Part shown: positions 12,102-25,400 of the stretch, piece after piece
How positions within the stretch are numbered: position 1 is the stretch's first letter
How the letters are laid out: each line of letters begins with the position of its first letter
Assembly (NCBI GenBank): GCA_043228905.1
Contig: JBHGNT010000015.1
Coordinates: 5,642,001 to 5,706,000, forward strand
DNA from: Azolla caroliniana
Lineage: Eukaryota; Plantae; Polypodiophyta
Direction: 5' to 3'
Length of the DNA stretch: 64,000 bases
Program-made: the position numbers and the translations under genes
Notes under the pieces: generated by a model
The model's database searches: none
Seen by the model: the letters and a program-made list of their open reading frames with translations, nothing else
Told to the model about the DNA's origin: nothing

Positions 12102-13897
12102 AATATGTCGAGGTATTCCTCGCGGATGCGTGGAGTGAGGCGGGACCTCGGGGGTCCTGTACCGAAGAGTAAGAGAGAGAGACCCACTACGTGCGAGCGT
12201 AGTTTCACAGGGACACGGCCCTTCGACGCAAAGACGTGAATGGGACAGCGACACAGAAAAACACGAAAGTATGTATGTATTGACAAGACTAACAACAAGA
12301 ACACGAAGACAACAAACACGAAGTCGGTTACAACCGAACAGGCTGGCGGACAGATGCCGATACCTGTTCGTAAACGCACAGAAAGACAGGAACAGGTTGG
12401 AGGTGCTGCCGGAAGCACTCAGGCATTCCTCAGAGCAGCGCGAGCCTCCCAAAACCTGCACAGAAGGAAGCTATGGAGTCTGCGAACCAGAGAGAGAGAG
12501 AGAGAAGCCTTCGCGCCCAATCCGACAACACTTCGTCCTCGACTCCCCGCGATCCCTTTACCCTCCTCGTCTCCCTCCTTTTATAGGCAAGGAAGGAGCC
12601 GTTTCCCTTTTACTCCCTACCAACCGAATCTACCTAGGATCTCCTATGTTCAACTTAAGGCGCACGTGCATGAAGAGTCGGTTTCTACGCTTCGGTGCAC
12701 CGATTCCGCTCGTGGACGGTTTTCTTCACGATAGCGTACTATCATCCCGACCTCCGTGCCGGTGTCCCTCGAGGCTCTCGTTACCGCCTCGCCTCGACTT
12801 GCGCCCGCTTGGCCTTGTATGCCCTCCGGGAAGCCGCCACGCTTTCTCTTCCCGGTGTGTACCCCGTTGTTCTCCGCGCATCTCCTCCGTTTTACTAGAT
12901 ACGACTCTCCGCTCATGCCGATCGCGCTCGGCCCATGTCGTCGATCTTGGTGTTTCGTCGTGTCGTCCTTCGTCCTGCGCTTGCCTCTCGAAGGCTTGAC
13001 CCGACCATCATCGTCGGTCAATCGTTGTCGCCCATGCTTGTGTCTTGGCCCTCCACCGGCCGTATTGCATGCGTCTTATGTCGCGCTTCCGCCGTAGACC
13101 CGACCTCCGCGTCGGTCTCCAACTCCTCGCCACCACCCACCGTTTCTTCGTTCTCCTTTCGATCCACGACTGTCGATGCCTCATGGGTAGGTGTGGAGGG
13201 TTCCTCCCACTCTCGATCCACCACCGAGTCCTCGTCTCTCAAAGGCTCAATCGGTCCACCGTTTCTGGTCACTCGTTGACGCTCCCCCGAATGCATGCTT
13301 GTTCCTTGACCCTCCACCGGCCGTAGTGCATGCTTCAATTCACGCTCATCCATCGTAGACCCGACCTCCGCGTTGGTCTCCTCGTCCTTCCCACACCGGG
13401 CATCCGCTCCGGTACCCGATTTCGCATTGTCTTCCAATTCCTCGCTGCCACCCGCCATCTCTTCGGTCTTCCGTTGATCCGCAACTGCCAATGCCGCACA
13501 GGTAGGTGTGGAGGGTTCCTCCTGCTCTCGGCCTCTTACCGACCTGTACTCGTCGTGCCCGGCTACGAATCAATCAAGAAATCCCGGTCTTGCCGGCTTC
13601 CTTTGGTTCGGGCCCGGTTGACCAGCCCCCGCTTCACTCTTCTTCCACTCCGCCTCCCGGTCGGGTCGGATTAACGACCGGCTTATCTTTCGGTCGGGTC
13701 GGTTCCCGACTCGCTCATCGATGCCGCTCCGGACCCCTCCTTCAGTCTTTTCTCACGTGCCCACTCCGGGCCTCTCATCCTCACGGCCACTGCCCATCTC
13801 TCTAGTCTTATGTCCACGCTTGGGCGCAACCGCCGAAGTCTCCAGCCCCGGTGTCGAGGGATCTCGCCTCCGTCCGCTACAAACCTCTTCTTCTTCA

Positions 13898-14994
13898 TTT
13901 CGGTTGCCCGCCTTGCCGCCGCCACCATCCGTCTCTCTAGGTCTCACACCGGCTCTTGGGCCGGTTGTTGGAGTCTCTAGGATCGGTGTGTGGAAGGTCG
14001 CGGCACCGCCGCTCGTCTCCTCTTCTTCCTCGATTTCGCAAGCCTCGAGTATGCTCGTGAAATCCTTGTAGAACGTTTCGGGCAACCGCGTCCCGAAACT
14101 TTCACCCACTCTCGAAGTGGTGTCCATTGCTCCGTAGATATCGGCCTCATCCATGGTCGTCCTCTTTCCACAAGTCGAGAGGGTCGCTCGCTCCGCACCC
14201 TCTCCCACATCGTCGCCGTGGCCGCCCGCCTTGCCGCCGCCACCATTCGTTACCCTAGGTCTCACGCGGGCACTCGGGCCGGCCGCCGGGGTTTCTTGAA
14301 CCAGTGCGTGTAAGGTAGCAACGCCGCCGCTCGTCGATGCTATGCCCGTAGCCACCTCCATTCGGACATCGTCGTCCGTGGCTACCCCGCCTCCGATTAT
14401 GCAAGCCTCAATTATGCTTGCCGCCTCCCCTTCCACGGTCTCCTTACCGTTGTCTCGGTTGCCCGCCTTGCCGCTGCCACCGTCTGTCACTCTAGGTCTC
14501 ACACCGGCTCTCGGGCCGGATGTTGGAGTCTCTAGGACCGGTGTGTGTAAGGTCGCGGCACCGCCGTTTGTCTCCTCTTCACTCGATGTTTCAGGCCTCC
14601 ATGCCCGAACTCCCTCATGTCCGCTCGAACCGGCGATCGCCGCCGCACCGTCCCCAACCTCGTCCTCGGTCAATCTTTCTCCGCATGTCGAGAGGGTGGC
14701 TCGCTCCGCACCCTCTCCCGTGGTACCGATGTAGCATTCTCTTTCGGCCTCCTCATCCTCCGATCTGCTCGGGCCCGACTCCGCAATAAGCCCTTTCTTC
14801 GGCTTCGATTTGTGCCTCTACGATCTCGTACGCTTCCCGCACCAAGGCTTCGATGTCGAGCTCCTCCGAACCGATTTGCGTTGAGCTCTCTTCTGGCGGT
14901 AGTGCGTAGTCAATCGCCGCTCTCTCTTCTCCGCCGCTCGCGGACCGCGTTGTGGCCTACCGCCTCTTATCGCATTGTATGCACGCCCATTCCA
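13898..14994. repeat. About 1.1-kb direct duplication of host sequence (second copy 20999-22084) flanking copia B
   Basis: tttcggttgcccgcc...cacgcccattcca occurs on both sides of copia B, with few substitutions and small indels. Confidence 0.9.
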
Positions 14995-17900
14995 TCAAGC
15001 AATAACACAAGAGATAGGAAGAAGATAACAGGGAGAGAGAGAGAGAGATCAAGATCCAACAGTTGTATTTCTCACTTCATATGAATAGTGGTTACAATGT
15101 GTATATAAGAGAAAGGGTGGTTACAAAAACGTTTTTTTATAAATGAGGGGTATTTTGGGAAATATTATTTATTACTTTATTTATCATAATATAGTTTATT
15201 TTTTATTCCTAATATTATACTTTATTTTATATTCTAACACCCCCCCATAAAATAAAGTGTTTATTTTTCTTTATTGATCTTGTTAATACTAAGACCAATT
15301 TTATTACAACAATTCCAATGTTTTTGTTGTGGTACTGGCTTCGTCAAAAAATCCGCCCACATTGTTGTAGTAGATGTATAATGTAAAGACATTTCTTTTG
15401 CTTCTACCAACTCTCGAATAAAATGATGTTGCGCTCTTATATGTTTATTTTGATCCGTGATCTTTGGGTTGATAGCTAGCTTAATACATGACTGATTGTC
15501 GCAAAATACTTTGACTTCATTAAGCTTTATGATGTCGAGCTCTTCAATGATCGTCTTTATCCACAATCCTTCTTTTGCCGTTAATGCCGCCGCAACATAT
15601 TCCGCTTCGGTGCTAGAAAGAGCCATGGATACTTGACGTTTGGTTCTCCATGCAATTGCCCCATCGGCAAATGTGAAAACCATACCAGATGTTGAGCGGG
15701 AGGTATCAAGATCCCCCCCCCAATCCGAATCCGTCGAACCGACTAATGGTGTTTGGAGCCAACCATTAATTTGGGACGAATTCCTAGATTGGAAAGACTT
15801 GTATGTGAGACCGATGTCTTTAGTGTATTGTAGATAGCGAAGAACTCGCTTTAAAACATTCCAATGAGCTACTCCGGGATTCTGCATAAATCTAGAAAGA
15901 AAACCAGCTGAGTAAGACAAATCCGGACGTGTACAACTCACAAGATACCTTATACTTCCAAGGATTTGTCGATAAGGAAGTGTTTTCATGAGTTGCTCTT
16001 CTTCCACGGTCTTTGGACTATCATTGGATGATAGTTTGCATGATACGGTCATTGGTGTTGCAATAGGTTTGCAATAAGACATCTCGAACTTGTGAAGAAT
16101 TTCTTCGACCAACTTTCGTTGCGACATAGTAAGTGTGCCTTCCGTCCTATTCCTTGTTACCTTGATACCAAGGCAATACTCTAGTGGTCCTAGGTCTTTG
16201 ACGGGAAACTTCTCCTTGAGTTGATTTATAGCCTTTCGCATTGAAGTAGTAGAGTTTGAGGCAATTGGCAAATCATCAACATACACACCAGTGATTACAT
16301 AGTCACTTCCTTCTTTACGAATGTAAAGATTTGGCTCGGCTTGAAGACGCCGAAAATTAATAGACATAAGAAATGTATGGAGCTTGTGGTGCCACATTCA
16401 TGGAGATTGTTTCAAACCATAGAATGACTTATGAAGCTTACACACATACTTTGGGAATTTTGAATCTTCAAAAAATGGCGGTTGTTGCATGAATATTTCT
16501 TCATTTAAGTCACCATGTAAAAATGCGGTTTCGATATCTAAGTGGTGAAGTTCGAGATTAAAACCGGTCGAAAAAGCAAGCATGACTCGTAATGGAACCA
16601 TTTTTAGTGTCGGCGCAAATGTTTCTTTAAAATCCACACCAGGAATTTGTGAAAAACCACGAGCGACGACACGAGCTTTATATCTCGTCACTACACCATG
16701 TGCATCCTTCTTCTTCGTAAGTACCCACTTACTAGATATGACATTGCGATTCTTTGGTCGTGGCACTAAAGTCCATGTTCCATTGCGCATGACTGCCTCC
16801 ATCTCCGTTTGCATCGCCGACTTCCACATTTCACTCTCGGGACCATTAAGGGTTGCTTTTGGAGTGAGATTTATATCCTCAAGTGGAATATCACCTTCGT
16901 TATCTTCAATCTCGTCAATAGTCTCCGGTCCGAAGTCGGCCATGAGTGCTTCGAATGGACGTGTGGCTTCCATGATTTCGTAAATATTACGAAATTTTTG
17001 CTTGATTGGTTGCGGCTGATCATCAAAATCCTCATTTGTTGGGTAAGTGTCGGGTAGAGAAGGAAATATATTGACATTAGGTGATGCTTCTGGTGTGAAA
17101 CCTATATGTGGATGACTTAAGTTCACATGAGATTTATTAGTTACATTTTTTCTTGTGTAAATCGGTGTGAATAGGTTATTATTTGGTGAAGAGTAAATAG
17201 GTGTGAATTAGTTCCTCAACTGAATTGGAGAAGCGGGAAGAGTTGGCGTGCTCCAAAACAGTGTCTGCACCTATAAAAGAACTCGCTCCACCTCCCAAGT
17301 CCTTACTTCTTCTCTGTGATGGCGTTTCCTTCTGCTCCAATGCTTTGCCGCCACCGCCATCTTGCTGCAAATCGAGCTTCTCCTGCTGTTGGCCGCGCTT
17401 CTCCTGCTGCTGACCGCGATGCAGCTGCATATTCTCCCGTTTATCAGAAGGTTGTTGATCCTCTTGCTGATTATACTTCTGATCATAAAGATGTTGTTTA
17501 GTTTTGCTGATTATTTGGTTGATTATTTTGATGATTGTGCTGCTGATTATGTTGCTGATCAGGAGGTGGTTGATCTGAGCGGATGGTGGCCGATTTGATG
17601 CTGCTGGTGGCTGACCGGATGCTGTTGGTGGCCGAGCTGAAGCTACTGGTGGCTGAGCTGATGATGCTCGTGTTGATTGTTGCCGCGCTTCTGATGGCAG
17701 TGTTGATGGGGGTCGAGCTACAGGTCGTTCTGGTCATGACTGAGCCGATTTTGAGGGTGGCCCACCTGCTCATCATGAAGTTGATCGTCACTCTAATGTT
17801 GTGGGGAGTGTTGAATTTGTGGAGAATCATCATGCCTATCATGTTGAAAATGACCACTTTCATGTGGATTCATCAGAAATGTTGATGTAGGGGAGCAATG

Positions 17901-20900
17901 AATGAATTCGACTTCTTCATTCTGTCTCCTTTCAAGATTCTTTCTTCGCCATCGACTACCAGCTTTGTTAGGCACCTTTTCTAAATCTTTCACCAATATA
18001 TCTTTATAAGTTTTGCGATTTGGATGATCTTTCTTTTCATCATCTGTAGCCGGCATGTCGTGTATGTCTTCATTTCTTATGTGATCGTGTAAATCTTCTT
18101 TGTATGATGATCTTAATCCTTTCTTGTTAGGGTAGGTCGGATTAGTGTACAAGTAATGCGTTACTCCTTCCTCCTCATCTTTTGCTCGAACATCTGCATG
18201 TTTTTGATTTTGAAACTGCTTCCCCAAACTCCTTGTGATCGAACCACCGTAATTTTCTATTTGTAAAACATTTGGAGTAATTAGATCATTAATCCTTAAA
18301 TTGTGTTTAAAATCGCGTACCTCATGTTGTTTTTGTTGTTGAAGTAAACTAATCTCATCGAAGATAACTGCTCGACTATAGAAACACTTTTGTGTATGAG
18401 GATCAAATAGCTTGTATGCTTTAACTCCGGAAGCTTCACCATATCCAATAAAAAAGCATTTTCTAGTGTGTGGATCTAACTTCTTCCGTTTATCTGCAGG
18501 TATATGACTGTAGGCGATCGAACCAGACACTCGGAGGTGACCAAGGTTAGGTTTTTGCTTAAACCAGAGTGAATGTGGTGTTTGAAGACCCAATATCTTA
18601 TGTGGAGATCTATTTTGCAGTTAATAAGCAGTCGCAATTGCTTCTTGCCAAAATCGAAGAGGCAATCCAGCTACTTGAAGCATACTTCGACTAGCATCTA
18701 GGAGCGTCCGATTCTTGCGCTCAGCTACACCATTTTGTTGCGGGTTGTATGGTACAGTATGTTCATGTCTTATTCCATTTTCTTTACAAAAACTGTTCCA
18801 TTCATCACTAAGATATTCCCCTCCATTGTGAGTACGAATAGTCGAAATCTTATGTTGACACTGGTTTTCTACATATGCTTTATAATTTGTGAATGCATTG
18901 TATGCTCCAGATTTCTTCTTCAGAAAGTACAAGATTGTGAATCTTGTGTAGTCATCTATGAATGTAATAAAATACCTGTTACCATTTATTGATACAGATT
19001 GCATAGGTCCACATAAGTCTGAATGAATGAGTTGTAGTGGTATTTCCGTCCTTTTCTGTTTGCTTATTGGAAACTTTTGTCGACACAGCTTGCCATAGAT
19101 GCATCCCTCGCATATAGATATATAGCTGAATGACTTTGTTGGAATTCCTTCGAATAATTTATGAACTTGACCAGTCTTCATCGCCTTTGGGTTGAGATGC
19201 CCGAGTCGATGATGCCAAAGCATTGTAGGGTCAATAGGTGACGCGCTTGATGTAAAGAGGGCTTGTATAGGAGTTTTATCCATCATTTGTAAAGGGTAGA
19301 GTCTTCCAGATTTAGGGCAAGTCACTCTTAACATCTCACCAGTAGGTAATTCATGAGAAATAACCGCAAAATCATTATTGAATTGTATACTTGTTCCATT
19401 TTTTGTTGCTTCACTTACAGATATTAAGTTTCTCATTACACCTGGAACATAATAAACATTTGGAATGCTTACCGTCTTTGATTTGTTTAGAGACAGGTGT
19501 ACTTCCCCTTTGCCAATCGCGACTTTTGTGCCATGGTCGCCGAATGTAACTTGGAGTGCTTGTGGAAGGGGGCAGTAATTATGTAGAAGATTTCTATTAT
19601 TTGTTAAGTGATGTGTCGCCCCAATGTCGAAGAACCAAAGGTTGTCATTGCCTTTCTTTTGGTTCACTTGATTTTCATTTGCATCACTTGTAAAAGCTTG
19701 TATAAAATTATTCTCTTCATCTTCTTCACAATAGTTCACATTATCATTTTGAATTGATGCACTATGAATTTGAGGGTAAGACTTCTTTCCTTTCCTTTTA
19801 AGATCAAATTGCTTCTTTCTACAATCTTTTTCAATATGACCTTGTTTATTACAATACCTACATGTGATTGTAGATATCGTCAAGCCTCCCATTCCATGTG
19901 ATTTGTTCTTATGTTGAAACTTTTGGTTGCTTGAAAACCGTTGAAATTTCTGCTTCCCAAAGTTGCCTCGATTATTTCTCATTGAGGCTGCCATGGCCAT
20001 GTGGCTAGCCTCATGTTGTGAACTCGTTCTTTTCCTTCGTAGTTCATCCTGCTTTAACTTTGCTACTAAATTTTGAAAATTTAGATTTTTATCTTCACTA
20101 TGATTACTTACAAAAGTCATCCATGATTCTGGTAGCGCTCCCATTAAAATCTCACATTTGGACATTTCATCGATATTATTGCCTGAAGAGATCGTTGTAT
20201 CTAATTTCTTTTGCCACTTCATTATAAATGTGTCGATTTGTTCACCTTCTTTCATCTGTAAATTCATTAATGATCTGAATGAAAAAAATTTAGTCGTTTC
20301 GTCAGATGGTTGATGAATCTTTTGCAAATACTCCCACATTTCATTTGTTGTGTGTAAGTTTCGAACATAATCGACTTGCTCGTCACTTAAGTGCATTATT
20401 ATCTCCATTCTAGCGTCGAGGTCTCTGATTTTCCACATGCTCATCCCAGGTTCTTGTTCAAGCATTTTCATGGAACCATCTATTATATCCTTTAGATTAT
20501 TACGCTCCATTATCAACTCCATCCGTGTCTTCCACATCCTGTAATTGTGAGTAGTTAGTTTCTCAACTACATATTTTCTTACCATATTTGATGGATTTGC
20601 AGGATGATGATTGTTTGATGTGGATGCGGTTAGGTTTTCTGATTCTTCTTCGAACTCCATCTTGCTTAGATCGTCCGGATCAATCCAAGAACAAAATGTT
20701 TTGTGTTTTGATTGATGTCTCTAATTTTGCTCTGATACCATGTAAGAAATCAAGCAATAACACAAGAGATAGGAAGAAGATAACAGGGAGAGAGAGAGAG
20801 AGAGATCATGATCCAACACTTGTATTTCTCACTTCATATGAATAGTGGTTACAATGTGTATATATGAGAGAAAGGATGGTTACAAAAACGTTTTTTTATA

Positions 20901-20998
20901 AATGAGGGGTATTTTGGGAAATATTATTTATTACTTTATTTATCATAATATGTTTTATTTTTTATTTCTAATATTATACTTTATTTTATATTCTAACA
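14994..20998 (-). mobile_element. Ty1/copia element B with short AT-rich LTRs
   Basis: 5' LTR 20741-20998. 3' LTR 14994-15239 lacks about 8 terminal nt. iMet PBS at 20729-20740. PPT is a G-run at about 15240-15247. Confidence 0.92.
15261..20660 (-). pseudogene. Copia B gag-pol polyprotein with premature stops and a long INT-RT linker
   Basis: CCHC CRYCNKQGHIEKDC. PR WFFDIGATHH. INT HSDLCGP and QQNGVAERKNR. RT YVDDL. RNase H TDSDWGG. Stops at 18621 and 16398. Confidence 0.9.
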
Positions 20999-21037
20999 TT
21001 TCGGTTGCCCGCCTTGCCGCCGCCACCGTCCGTCTCT

Positions 21038-22438
21038 CTAGGTCTCACACCGACTCTCGGGCCGGTTGTTGGAGTCTCTAGGACCGGTGTGTGGAAGGTC
21101 GCGGCACCGCCGCTCGTCTTCTCTTCTTCCTCGATTTCGCAAGCCTTGAGTATGCTCGTAGAACATTTCGGGCAACCGCGTTCCGAAACTTTCGCCCACT
21201 CTCGAAGTGGCGTCCATTGCTCCGTAGATATCGGCCTCATCCATGGCCGTCCTCTTTCCACAAGTCGAGAGGGTCGCTCGCTCTGCACCCTCTCCCACAT
21301 CGTCGCCGTGACCGCCCGCCTTGCCGCCGCCACCGTTCGTTACCCTAGGTCTCACGCGGGCACTCGGGCCGGCCGCCGGGGTCTCTTGAACCGGTGCATG
21401 TAAGGTAGCAACGCCGCCGCTCGTCGATGCTATGCCCGTAGCCACCTCCATTCGGACATCGTCGTCCGTGGCTACCCCGCCTCCGATTATGCAAGCCTCA
21501 ATTATGCTTGCCGCCTCCCCTTCCACGGTCTCCTTACCGTTGTCTTGGTTGCCCGCCTTGCCGCCGCCACTGTCCGTCACTCTAGGTCTCACACCGGCTC
21601 TCGGGCCGGATGTTGGAGTCTCTAGGATCGGTGTGTGTAAGGTCGCGGCACCACCGCTTGTCTCCTCTTCACTCGATGTTTCGGTCCTCCATGCCCGAAC
21701 TCCCTCATGTCCGCTCGAACCGGCGATCGCCGCCGCACTGTCCCCGACCTCATCCTCGGTCAATATTTCTCCGCATGTCGAGAGGGTGGCTCGCTCCGCA
21801 CCCTCTCTCGTGGTACTGATGTACCATTCTCTTTCGGCCTCCTCATCCTCCGATCCGCTCGGGCTCGACTCCGCAATAAGCCCTTCTTCGGCTTCGATTT
21901 GTGCCTCTACGATCTCGTATGCTTCCCGCACCAAGGCTTCGATGTCGAGCTCCTCCGAACCGATTTGCGTTGAGCTCTCTTCCGGCGGTAGTGCGTAGTC
22001 GGTCGCCGCTCTCTCTTCTCCGCCGCTCGCGGGCCGCGTTGTGGCCAACCGCCTCTCATCGCATTGTATGCACGCCCATTCCACCTCGTTCCAATCTTCG
22101 GTGAGGCTGTACACCCCTTCATCATCTTCGAGGTAGGGAAAAATGGCCATTTTCCCCCTTTCGTTGACCGTCTTCAAGAATAGTGGGACCTTGTCCGCCC
22201 CCACCGATTCATGATCCCGGACCGAAAGTTGGGAAAACCGGAGATCGAATTCCCGGAATGCCTTCATTGCGCTTCGAGGAGCCTTTGCCAACGATACCCA
22301 TAGATCGAACTCGCATCGATCGTACTTGTACGCCTCTTCCCGTCTTTTTCTCCTTCTTGCGTAATCCCTTGCCATTCTCGTAATTACTTCCGCGATGTCT
22401 CCGTCTTCCATCTCCTTCCTCCCTTGCCGCCTCTTCAT
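21038..22438 (-). pseudogene. Gag-repeat protein of the older non-autonomous element (frameshifted, partly deleted)
   Basis: Aligns with the 49052-52231 protein (EFDLWV, ADKVPLFL, LTEDWNEVEW and the GGAAT.H.P..GP.A..RP repeats). Confidence 0.85.
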
Positions 22439-25400
22439 GTCGGGTTCACCAAATATGTCGCGTTGCTACGCGCGTGCATGAAGAAAGGCGGGACCACGGG
22501 GGTCTTGGACTAAGGAGTAGAGGAGAAGGAATCGGACATGGAATGGAAGCTTTGCTCAAGAAGAAGAAGAATGAACAAGAGATTATATCGAACAAGAGGA
22601 AGATGGAGACAAGATGATCAACAAGACGTATTAAAACGAAATGAACGATTACAAAATAGTGGCTGCATGGGCCGCACCAAACGACTATTCGAAACCCTAA
22701 CCGACGAAGATGAAGATAAAGATAAAGAAACCCTAACCCTAACCCTAACGCTCGATTTATGTGGTATACCTCGCACACTCAAAATAGGCAACCCCCACAA
22801 TGGTGCCTTCCCTCTCCTTTTATAGCACAAGGAGGGAAGAACGTTTACAAAAGTGAGACTAAAATATCCCCTTTCATTCAAAGGGGATATTTGCCTTGAT
22901 TTGGGGAGGGTGAGATTGATGGCCCCTTAACTCCCACCTCCACACAAACAACTAGGTACCTATGTACCGCATAGTACCTCTCTCTCTCTCTCGCGTGGAT
23001 GTGCGCAAAAGACCACATCACCTTTATACCTTACGGATCCGATGGGGCACTTCTAGCACCATACACTTTACCCTTATTACTATTACAAATACATTATGTA
23101 CGTGTGCAATGTTGCACATCGCTCTTTGGCTCTCGTTGCTCGGGTTTCCGCTTGTGGACGAAAATCTTCACGACACCGCGTTCCAATGCTTTCTTCCGGG
23201 ATTGCTCATGAACCGGCTCACCACTCCGACTGCATATCCGATATCCGGCCAAGTACACACCATTGCGTACATCAAGCTCTCGACGGCAGAGGCCTATGGT
23301 CTCTTCATCATATCCGTCTTCTTTGCCTTTGTCCTCAGGCTTTGTTTTCCGGATCGCTTGCAGTTCGCCGGAAGTGTCAATCCGACTAGTTTCGCCTATG
23401 ACATGTTGAACCGTTGAAGCACCTTTGTCACATACTTCTCCTATGACAACCACAACAGCTTCTTCGACTGGTCCCGGATGATGTGCATTCCCAATGTCTA
23501 TCTTGCCGGACCCAAGTCTTTCATTCAGAAGGTCCGGTTCAGAGCCTTCTTCAACATCCGGATCTTGCCTTGGTCTCGTCCGACGATCAACATATCATCC
23601 ACATATAGGAGGAGTATTAGGAAGTCTCGTCCGTCAAATTTCTTCACAAACACAAAGTGATCGGTTTGCATCTTGTGGTACCCTTGTTCGGTCATGAAGG
23701 AGTCGAACTTCCGGTACCATTGCCGGGGAGCTTGCTTCAGTCCATATAAGCTCTTCTTCAGCCGGGACACCAAGTGCTACTTCCCTTTCTTCTCAAATCC
23801 TTCCAGCTGATGCATGTAGATCTCCTCTTCGAGGTCACCATGGAGGAATGTCGTCTTCACGTCCAGTAGCTCTACCTCAAGGTCCATGCTTGCCGCTATG
23901 CCCAATATCATCCGGATGGATGTCATCTTTACTACTGGGGCAAAGATCTCATCGAAGTGCACTCCTTTCTTCTACTGGAAGCACTTCACCACGATTTGGG
24001 CCTTATACCTTGGTGGATTTTCGGCATCTCCCGGTTTCAGCTTGTACACCCACTTGTTTCGGAGTGCCCTCTTTCCTTTCAGCAACTCCGTTAGTTCATA
24101 CGTGTGGTTCTCATGCAGGGAATCCATCTCATCCTATATGGCACTCAACCACTTGTGGTTGTGGGTGTCTCTCTTTGCTTCTTTGAAGCTTTCCCGCTGC
24201 CCCTCATCGGTCAGTAACACATGCTCTGCATCTGGAAATCTCTGGGGGGCTCTTCTCTCTCGGAGAGGATATCTGCTTCCCTGGTTTCTGACTGTCGGTT
24301 CCTCCGTTTGTTCCTCATCCTCATCCGATTCGGGATCTTGTCCGGTTCTAGTGTCTTCTTCTTCTTCCTCTTCGACTTCTACTTCCGTTGGTTCGGATTC
24401 CTGTCCGTATCCAGCCAGTTCGTCGAGTGTCATCCGGTTACCAGCTAACATTCGGTTTTTAACCCAGTAGGTCCTTGTGTCCTCTGGCTGGTTTTCATTG
24501 GATGATCCGGAGTTGATCACCTTCTCCGACTCCCAGTCGGCAATAGTCCTGTCTTCCATGAAGACTATGTCCCGACTTTGGAACACCTTCTTGTCAACCA
24601 GATCCCACACCCTGTAACCGAACTCATGATCACGGTATCCAAGGAATATGCATGGCCTAGACTTCAGATCTAGCTTTGCTCTCTTGTCCTTTGCAACATG
24701 CACATATGCGAGACACCCGAACACCTTCAAATGCTGGTAAGATACACCTATTTACCGGTCCATACTTTCTGAGGTGAGACTCCTTCCAAGGGTGCTAAGG
24801 GTGATCTATTTATCACATAGGTTGCCGTCATCAGTGCCTCAGCCCAAAACGTCTTGAGTAACTTTGCATGTGCTAACCTGTTTAGTTCCGGAATCTTCGG
24901 CACAGTAAACTCGAGCCGGATTTTCTTCGACCGGCAGTACTCCTCGAACTTCCCCTGGTATTCTCCTCCGTTATCTGCTCGAACTGCCTTCAGCTTCCGA
25001 CCGGTTTCTGTTTCCCCTCTCGCGTGGAGCTCCTTGAAGACAGATAACACCTGATCCTTCGTCTTCAATGGTGAGATCCACAGCTTCCGGCGGTGGTCAT
25101 CTATGAACATCACGAAGTACTACGATTTGGCATGTGACTTCGTGTCCACTTGACACACATCGGTATGCACCAGCTCTAGTGGTGCATTCCGTCTCATCGG
25201 TGGTCTTGACCGAAAGGAGGTTCGGTTTTGCTTGCCGGCCAAGCAATCGGTGCACTTCTCAAGTTGCACGTCCTTCACCGGAATGAGGTTGTCTTCGGCA
25301 AGCCTCTTCATCCCCTTCTCACTCATGTGACACGGTCTTTTGTGCCACAGCTCACCGGCAATGTTGGATGCTACATTCACTTCTTCCCGGCATATCCGGG

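Larger units (their letters stand above)
5773..12733 (-). mobile_element. Near-intact Ty3/gypsy retrotransposon (no chromodomain seen; Phygy-like by inference)
   Basis: LTRs 5773-6397 and 12106-12733 with about 10 differences. TSD gcgt at 5769-5772 and 12734-12737. tRNA-Trp PBS at 12084-12101. Domain order gag-PR-RT-RH-INT. Confidence 0.95.
4465..23175 (-). mobile_element. Non-autonomous gag-only Ty3/gypsy element (older copy), host to two nested insertions
   Basis: LTRs 4465-5151 and 22456-23175 (TG..CA). tRNA-Trp PBS at 22434-22451. PPT region at 5152-5178. TSD ccgt/ccgc. Removing the element restores the copia RT (HWNAVK). Internal sequence is homologous to 49052-52970. Confidence 0.9.

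Noticed and set aside
12062-12418. N-terminal extension of the 827-aa ORF
   Set aside because: It runs through the LTR and PBS from a non-ATG start. The likely start is the ATG at 12061.
5059-15084. Many overlapping 60-430 aa ORFs in alternative frames
   Set aside because: Apart from the frames already called, these are shadow ORFs of GC-rich retrotransposon sequence with no domain motifs.
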